A DNA stretch of 64,000 nt from a virus: IMG/VR virus record IMGVR_UViG_3300044979_000004, positions 25,200-89,199 of that record; one strand, written 5' to 3'. Shown here piece by piece: positions 57,745-64,000 of this stretch; the first letter of the stretch is position 1, and each line of letters begins with the position of its first letter. Under the pieces are notes generated by a model, which saw nothing but the letters and a program-made list of their open reading frames with translations, had not been told where the DNA came from and ran no database searches. Both the position numbers and the translations under genes were made by a program.

Positions 57745-59497
57745 CGACTTCTACCTTTCTGGTTGTCTCTTCGAAAATGCCCTCAATCGTGTCAACGAAT
57801 CCATATATGCCATGGTTGCGTTCTAACCATCGTCCAGTATGACCACTCTCCCCACGACACGGTAATCCATTGTCCGTGTTAAGAGTTTGGAGTCGCTTCA
57901 TCAAGTGTCTAGCGTGTTCCACGTTCTGACATATGTGTTTGATTCGGTGGTGTCGAGGGGAGCGGCCATAGTTGTACACAATGAGTGATATATAAATCAC
58001 AGTCTTCATAGTACCAAAACCTCTCTAGGCTGTCAAGCCTTCGGCTTCGGCCTTCGCATGACTCCAGCCGTCTTGCCACACACGCACCGTTGTCGGCTTC
58101 TTAGGATCGCGCCTGATCGATGCAATCGAGTAGGGCGGGATGTTCTTCCACCCTCTCTTAAACGCAAACTTCCCGGCTTCGTAAATGTCCGCGTCAGTGA
58201 CTTCGGGCGGAGGGAGATAGATGCACACTATGCCCTCCATTCCTTCGCTGTGTTGAACGCTTCCTCTTGAGAGCAAATCACACATTGCATGTGGGGCGGA
58301 AAACTGCCGACACCGTTGGCAATATGTACCACGTTGACGTGGTCCCCGACAGGGGTAAAGCTTAGTGAAGACACGGCTAGTACAGCCATATTCTCAGTCG
58401 TGACAGCGTACTGGCCCTCTTCAAGTTGTCCCAATGTAGTGAATTTCATGCTACCTTTCCTCTTAGTGAGGCCACAGCCTGATCCCAGGTGTCGCCAATT
58501 GCTAAAACGAGTTTGCCGTTCTTCTTACAGCCCACTCGTTTGTAGTTAATGTGGTCTTCAGTGAGGAAGCTTCCACCAAACTCTTTACGTCCAGCGTTGA
58601 GTACCTGTTCTTGTGCTGTCAAACGTGCCATGAATCTCCTGCTCCTAGTAGCTTTGTCCAGTACCATTCTGATCCCGTGCTTCGGCATCGGCCAGATGTT
58701 GACGGGCAGCGGCAAGCCGTGCTTGTAGCAGCACGCGCTCCTCGTTGCTGATCCCTTGGGTTAGTGCCAGTGTGTCGCGCTCAATCTCGGCGCGAAAGAA
58801 TGCTGCATTGTACTGCCGTGTGTCGTTCATGTTCTCCTTGTGTACTTTAGTTACTTAGAAGCTCTCGACAGTAACCTTGACGGTCCTGCCGTGGAGCTTG
58901 TTGTTGATCGCACGGATTTGCTGGCGAACTGTTTCCAGTTTCTCCTGCACGTCGCTCTCTCCGCCCAGGAATACAACAGGCACCCAGGTTCCATCTGCCT
59001 TGATAGCCACTTCACGGCCTTCTACCAGGGTCTTTCCGGCCAGTACCAAATCAGGATACTTGTCGGCCAGTGAGAACACGCGAAGATTGACAAGCAGAAT
59101 CGATCCGGCTAGCCCTGCGCGTTCGGTGTCCCGGTCAGTTACGAGGATGAAGTTGACGTGTGGCTTGGCTTCTGCAATGACCCGTTCAAGGTATGCATCG
59201 TCGTTAGTTGTGGTGAAACTGTATACATCAGGCGTATTTGATACGCGGCTCAATTTAGAACTCATGTGACTTCTCCTTAATCTTTTATTACCATTGTGGG
59301 GGACGCTCGGAGTCTTCTCGCGGTAATGGTCCGATATGAACTCCACTGCCTTACATGTGGATACCTACACGCACACCCACAATCTTTTGTCACAAACCTG
59401 CCATCCCTCTTATGTCCAAAGGACATCACCATGTTCATTCATGGTCTGTGCGGCGATTTCCTTTTCAGGTTCAGTTGGTCCGCACCGGAATGAGAGT

Positions 59498-59902
59498 TTA
59501 CTTCGTTGCGGTCTTTGTGGCCTTCTCAGCCTTCCGCCACACTCGCACCGCACCAGGAACCTCTCGCAGGATCACGGCAAGCCCGTTGCGGTATGCAAAC
59601 GTCCGGATGCTGGTAGAGACTGACTTCACCTTGTCCGCCGCAGCAGGCACATCGAAGAACTGGTCAGAATCGGCCTTAAGCTGATCGATGGGATATTTCA
59701 GACCGGCTGTACGTCCGCGCTTAGTCGGTACAGGTGCAGTACCAAAAGTGAATCCACTCCGGATTGTCTCCAACACGTTGCCAAGAACCTCTTCGTATGA
59801 AGGGATTTCAGGCTGAGATTCCACGTCTGCCGGTTCTTCCGGAACACGGGGAACGATTGCAATGTCCCTATCGGTTAATACAGAACTCTTTTTCTTAGAC
59901 AT
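59498..59902 (-). CDS. small putative DNA-binding protein
   Basis: RGR...KYP.DQL....FFDVP...VRVWR pattern; has its own promoter and a dyad site. Confidence 0.5.
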   Translation of the reverse strand: MSKKKSSVLTDRDIAIVPRVPEEPADVESQPEIPSYEEVLGNVLETIRSGFTFGTAPVPTKRGRTAGLKYPIDQLKADSDQFFDVPAAADKVKSVSTSIRTFAYRNGLAVILREVPGAVRVWRKAEKATKTATK

Positions 59903-59928
59903 CAGGTTGCTTTCCGCGCCTTAGCGCT

Positions 59929-59984
59929 GCGTATTTAATACGCAATTACAAGTCCATGGTACCACAACACAATCCGATTGTCAA
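59929..59984 (-). promoter_or_regulatory. sigma70 promoter with a 15-bp dyad just downstream of the start site
   Basis: TTGACA (59984-59979)-17-TACCAT; dyad at 59929-59943. Confidence 0.7.
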
Positions 59985-60431
59985 GGTTTATTTACTTGAC
60001 GTTGTGGTAGATGTGCTCTTAAACAGAGTACCACAGATGAAATTCAGCCAGAATGCCTTCCAAAACGTTAGCTGGCTAACCCCAAATACGGCCTTCAATG
60101 CTGCTGGCGCAACCAGATAATTGATTACCCACAACGTAGGCCATGCAAACAACAGTGATAACCCAATGACAAGAGCTACCACCCCGATTACCACTCCAGT
60201 TCCTAGTAAAACCTTTACCATAGTTCTCCTTTTACTTACGCTCTTACTTACTCCGGCTCGTAACCTCTTTCTCTTTGCTCCCGGTCCCAATCGGCGCTGC
60301 TTGTGTACGTCCGCAAGCGCTTTCTAGTTACCACTTTGGCAGCAACTAGAATCAAACCAATTGATAGCAGCAAGCTAAGCGCCATCAGTCCCAATCCCAT
60401 TAGCAGATGTGGCATTGTTGTCTCCAATCTC

Positions 60432-60466
60432 AGTACCATTATACCTCAGTACCATTTGTATGTCAA
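60432..60466 (-). promoter_or_regulatory. consensus sigma70 promoter with two ATGGTACTGAG direct repeats
   Basis: TTGACA-17-TATAAT; one repeat in the spacer and one directly after the -10 box. Confidence 0.75.
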
Positions 60467-60498
60467 GAGGTACTTAATCCTCTAAACATTTCCTCTAG

Positions 60499-61176
60499 TC
60501 AGGCCCAACTCGTATCCTCATCTTCCGGCATGATGGCTGCGTCCTTGTAGCCCTTGATTGCTTTGTTGCCGTTCATCCATGCTTTTTTGATGGGAGTGTT
60601 TACCGTTGCTGGCAACTTTTTAATACGATTGAGTAAAGACTTTGCAAACGGGGTAGCGGCCTTGACATTCATCGGCAAGTACAGCGGTAGTCCGGCTTCA
60701 AGCTCGCCCAGGGGGAACTCTCTGATCATCTCCATAGCCCACTCGCCGTGAGAACCGCGCTTCAAGGCTCCGGGTCCGCTTATGTCTACGTAATCGTCAA
60801 TCCCAGGATGGTAAACGACACAATGATTCGGGGAATCATCGGCGTCACCTACTCCGAGAATGGGCCATCCCGTTTCCTTGCTGATCACGTAGGCGAGACT
60901 GTGACACTGACCCGTGTTCAATGCGCGGCGGGCATTGTCGTTGATAACCCCTAAGTGCTTCTTAGGGGTTATCTCTAGAGGAATCTTCTTCTGGAACCCA
61001 TACGGCCCAGAGTAAGTGTCCACGGTGACGATCTGATTGCGGCGATTGTTGGTCGAATTATTTGTCTGCACGTTACGCCTCCGCTCCGGTGATAAACAAC
61101 TTCTCACCCAGAACTTCATTCCACTCGGCAAACATCGCCGTAACAAAGCCGGTGTCGTAAGCTTCCACATCTCCAA
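60499..61176 (-). CDS. papain/transglutaminase-like fold candidate
   Basis: GQCHSLA, HCVV, YVDI.G (Cys-His-Asp order). Confidence 0.45.
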   Translation of the reverse strand: MEMWKLTTPALLRRCLPSGMKFWVRSCLSPERRRNVQTNNSTNNRRNQIVTVDTYSGPYGFQKKIPLEITPKKHLGVINDNARRALNTGQCHSLAYVISKETGWPILGVGDADDSPNHCVVYHPGIDDYVDISGPGALKRGSHGEWAMEMIREFPLGELEAGLPLYLPMNVKAATPFAKSLLNRIKKLPATVNTPIKKAWMNGNKAIKGYKDAAIMPEDEDTSWA

Positions 61177-61612
61177 TAATGGTATCGTAGATGGTCAGCC
61201 CGCGTTCTTTCAGCCCCTCGTTCTGATCCCCATTGAGGAGATGCTTCTCGGCAACGATAGCCAGCTTCCGGTTATCGTTCTGGTAGAACGCATTGAGGAA
61301 TTGCAGGCACACCCCAACAGGAAAGCGTGAGTGTAGGTGCATCCGGTCTGCCCGGTATTGCTTCGACAATGCTACATGCGTCGGTGAGTGCTTCAATGAC
61401 ATGATTCCCATTCGGTAAATCTCCTTTGTCCGTGTTGGCTGTTGTACTGCGATTAGTGGTGATTGAGGCAAACCAAACCTGCGTCAATTAAAGCTTTTGC
61501 TTGCCGTCCGTAGGCTCCCTGTAAACTCCAAGCAAGCCCGGAATATACAAGCTCTTGGAACAGTTCGATGGTGCCTTGCTCATCTAGGTCACCATTCTCC
61601 CAGGCCATCATT

Positions 61613-61954
61613 TTATCCAATTGATCCATCGGCTTGATCCTCCGGCGCACCATCGCGCTCCACAAGTACCACAGTCGCCGCCAGTTCTGCAATCGCCACG
61701 CTTTCCTGATTGGTTGCGCGTCTGATCTTCTCGGCCAATCGAGTTGCTATAAACTCGTCAATACCGAAAATCTCGATGATCAGAGACTTCTCCTTGACTC
61801 CTTTATAGTATCCGGTTCCTTCGATCAAAGTGTAGCCGTCTACGTCTTTGTCTCCGGTAAGAATGTCGATAATCAGTGACCGATAGTTTGCCCGGTCTTC
61901 GCAGTAAATCCGATAGACGTTGGGTGTATCTTGAAGCGGTACTAAATGGGACAT
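61613..61954 (-). CDS. PII-like / SAM-lyase-like small protein
   Basis: GYT...G.G.Y.G..E.S..IE, LA..I...NQESV. Confidence 0.4.
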   Translation of the reverse strand: MSHLVPLQDTPNVYRIYCEDRANYRSLIIDILTGDKDVDGYTLIEGTGYYKGVKEKSLIIEIFGIDEFIATRLAEKIRRATNQESVAIAELAATVVLVERDGAPEDQADGSIG

Positions 61955-62599
61955 GGTTCAATCTCCTGATATCCGATGTGCATGGAGCCTTTCAGCATTA
62001 GCTGCTCCCACTCATCCGTTAATTGTTCGTTATAGTCGCTGAACTGATGTTCTCGATCATCCTGGCACGTCCTCAGATAGAACTCAGCACTAAATTCTAT
62101 GCCATTGAGTTGATAAGAAAACGTACCCATGTGAATGTCGCAGTTCTCGGCAGGCTCCTCGGCCTGAATGCGCGAGATATGCAGAGTCGCCATGATTAAG
62201 ACTCCTCTACAATCTCGACAACCTTTTCGCCCGTCCGCTCCAGCAAAGGAATTTCAAAGGCGAGATGTTCGAAAACCGATCCGATAAGGATTTCCCCACC
62301 CTTAGCGAACCACCAGATGTGTAGGTAATGCTCGACAACCATTCCAACACATCCGAATGCGGCCAGTACGACTACCTTGCGGGTAAGGTAGCGCTGCCAG
62401 TGAATGTGACGGACATCACGTAAATGTATGTCCTTCAAAGATTTGCTCATGCATAAGTACCATCCTCTCTTGTTAAAATGTTATTGTTGAGATGATAGCG
62501 ATTAGTACCACTGCCATCAGGATAGCTGCATCTCCGAGTGTGAACTCCTCTTCAGGATATTCTTCAGCTTCGGTTTGAACTAACTTGATCATATCAGAG

Positions 62600-63109
62600 T
62601 TACCTCAATTCGTCAAGAGATTTGTTTCTGATTGTCCACAAGTAATGCTCAACAAATGCATACTGCTCTTGCGGGAAGTGTCCAGTTTTGGCATACTCGT
62701 CAAACTGCCCGATCACTTCGGCGTATACGATACGCTTGAACCACTCCCGATGTGTTACTCCTAAGACTGTGTTATACCCCATCATCGGCCAGAATGTATT
62801 GTCCAGCCCAGGGTACTCGTCGATCTGTCGCCACATCTCCAGCATGGCCTTGTATTCACCCTCTCGGCTGAAGTCACCATCCGTGATGAGATGACAAGCA
62901 TCGTGCCACGCACGGAATAGCCAGTTGATCGTAGGATCACCAAAGACAGTACCAGTCGAGTAGTCTACGTTGATCTTGATGGAACCTCTCGCCCGATAGT
63001 CGGCCTTCATCGCAGCAAAGTCCGGGTAGCTGGTTCCTGACAACGTGTGCGGTACAAGGCTACCAAAGAATCGAACCAAACCATTAAACTCGTGATTAAG
63101 AACTGGCAT
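62600..63109 (-). CDS. hypothetical phage protein
   Basis: AAGGA RBS; FRAWHD..H...F...GE motif. Confidence 0.6.
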   Translation of the reverse strand: MPVLNHEFNGLVRFFGSLVPHTLSGTSYPDFAAMKADYRARGSIKINVDYSTGTVFGDPTINWLFRAWHDACHLITDGDFSREGEYKAMLEMWRQIDEYPGLDNTFWPMMGYNTVLGVTHREWFKRIVYAEVIGQFDEYAKTGHFPQEQYAFVEHYLWTIRNKSLDELR

Positions 63110-63536
63110 GTTATCCTTTCTTCACCTTAACAGGTGGCTGATATCCGTTAGGTGGCCGATAGCCACAGTTTAGGCAGTGTCCGCCGAATGTCATATGCCA
63201 CGCTGCGCAAGGCGGATTCGGTTTCTTTTTAAGAGTCCATTCGTGATGGGTCATGTTGTGCTGAGCCATGGTTAAAACTCCTACACTCTCACTACATCGA
63301 CGGATTCTGTACTGTTCACGTCCCAGGTTTCTACAGTTACCGATCCGTAGTTGAGTCGATGAGGAGCGATTTCTTCCTCAGTAGGGTAATGATCTAGAAC
63401 ACTCGCAACGTCTGAGCTTTCATGGCTCCACGTCCCTACAATCAAGTAAACGCGTCGTTTCTTAGGCATGTTGTTATCCTCTCACAGTTCGGATGTTTTG
63501 TCAAGTGAAAAAGTACCAGTAGTACCAGTATATTTT

Positions 63537-63731
63537 TCACACCATCGGGTAGACTATGATCTGCTTCCACCCGTTCCGGATTAGCTCTTGCGCCTCTTGA
63601 GTACCATTGGCAAACTCACCGGCAGTATCGCAATCACACGCATCTACAGCACGGATGAGCAGGCTTTTAAGCTTGTAGCCGCGTCGATAGATTGCTGCCC
63701 ATCCAGTGCGAGTTGTTACTAAACAATCCAT
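63537..63731 (-). CDS. small hypothetical protein
   Basis: GAGG RBS before ATG 63731. Confidence 0.45.
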   Translation of the reverse strand: MDCLVTTRTGWAAIYRRGYKLKSLLIRAVDACDCDTAGEFANGTQEAQELIRNGWKQIIVYPMV

Positions 63732-63739
63732 GACAAACC

Positions 63740-64000
63740 TCATCCTTTTGAATTCTTGCGCATGTATTTGAGAAATATTTTCTCTTGCGCAGCCCGACTC
63801 GCAGCCCAACTCGCAGCCCAACTCGCAGCCTCACTCGCAGCCTCACTCGCCCGACTCGCAGCCCAACTCGCAGCCCGACTCGCAGCCCGACTCGCAGCCC
63901 GACTCGCCCAACTCGCAGCCTCACTCGCAGCCTCACTCGCCCAACTCGCAGCCTCACTCGCCCAACTCGCAGCCTCACTCGCAGCCTCACTCGCAGCCTC
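63740..64000 (-). CDS. Ala-rich repeat protein, C-terminal part (S[W/R/E]AA repeats ...AAQEKIFLKYMRKNSKG)
   Basis: Open frame missing from the track because its start lies outside the window; TGA at 63742-63740. Confidence 0.65.
   Translation of the reverse strand, partial: EAASEAASEAASWASEAASWASEAASEAASWASRAASRAASRAASWAASRASEAASEAASWAASWAASRAAQEKIFLKYMRKNSKG
63788..64000. repeat. 12/9-bp tandem repeat ACTCGCAGCC(CG/CA/TC)
   Basis: Continuous array running to the window end. Confidence 0.95.

Larger units (their letters stand above)
54657..63606 (+). repeat. dispersed polarised 7-mer AGTACCA (22 copies)
   Basis: Counted by eye; positions are listed in the findings. Confidence 0.8.

Noticed and set aside
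63667-63990. Arg/Val-rich ORF (RVRLRVG...) and the GCEL-repeat N-terminus of 63537..63821
   Set aside because: These are alternative frames of the tandem repeat; the Ala-rich frame ends cleanly just before the next gene's RBS.
63788-64000. CRISPR array
   Set aside because: Units are contiguous 9-12-bp repeats with no unique spacers, and there are no cas genes.

Overview
The window is a 64 kb segment of a tailed dsDNA phage genome with podovirus-like (P22/N4-type) gene order. The + strand (1-37.7 kb) carries the terminase C-terminus, an intron-split portal, scaffold, major capsid, decoration and tail proteins, three DNA-ejection proteins, lysis genes, six tRNAs and a class II ribonucleotide reductase. 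The - strand (37.75-64 kb) carries replication and recombination genes (RecA, primase-helicase, SF2 helicase, SSB-like protein, exonuclease), two RNA ligases and many small early genes. About ten free-standing homing-type endonucleases are scattered through both arms. The most notable signals the ORF track does not explain: (1) an ORF-less group I intron in the portal gene next to a free-standing GIY-YIG nuclease; (2) a strand-polarised 7-mer (AGTACCA/TGGTACT) seen 22 times in the last 9 kb; (3) a dispersed 15-bp dyad GCGTATTAAATACGC oriented with transcription; (4) a Cys-rich tail-fibre-like protein with a Sec signal peptide; (5) a virion protein with self-nested repeats; (6) several structured RNA leaders; (7) a small protein carrying a peptide copy of the major capsid protein. 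All calls and counts were made by eye, with no database searches.
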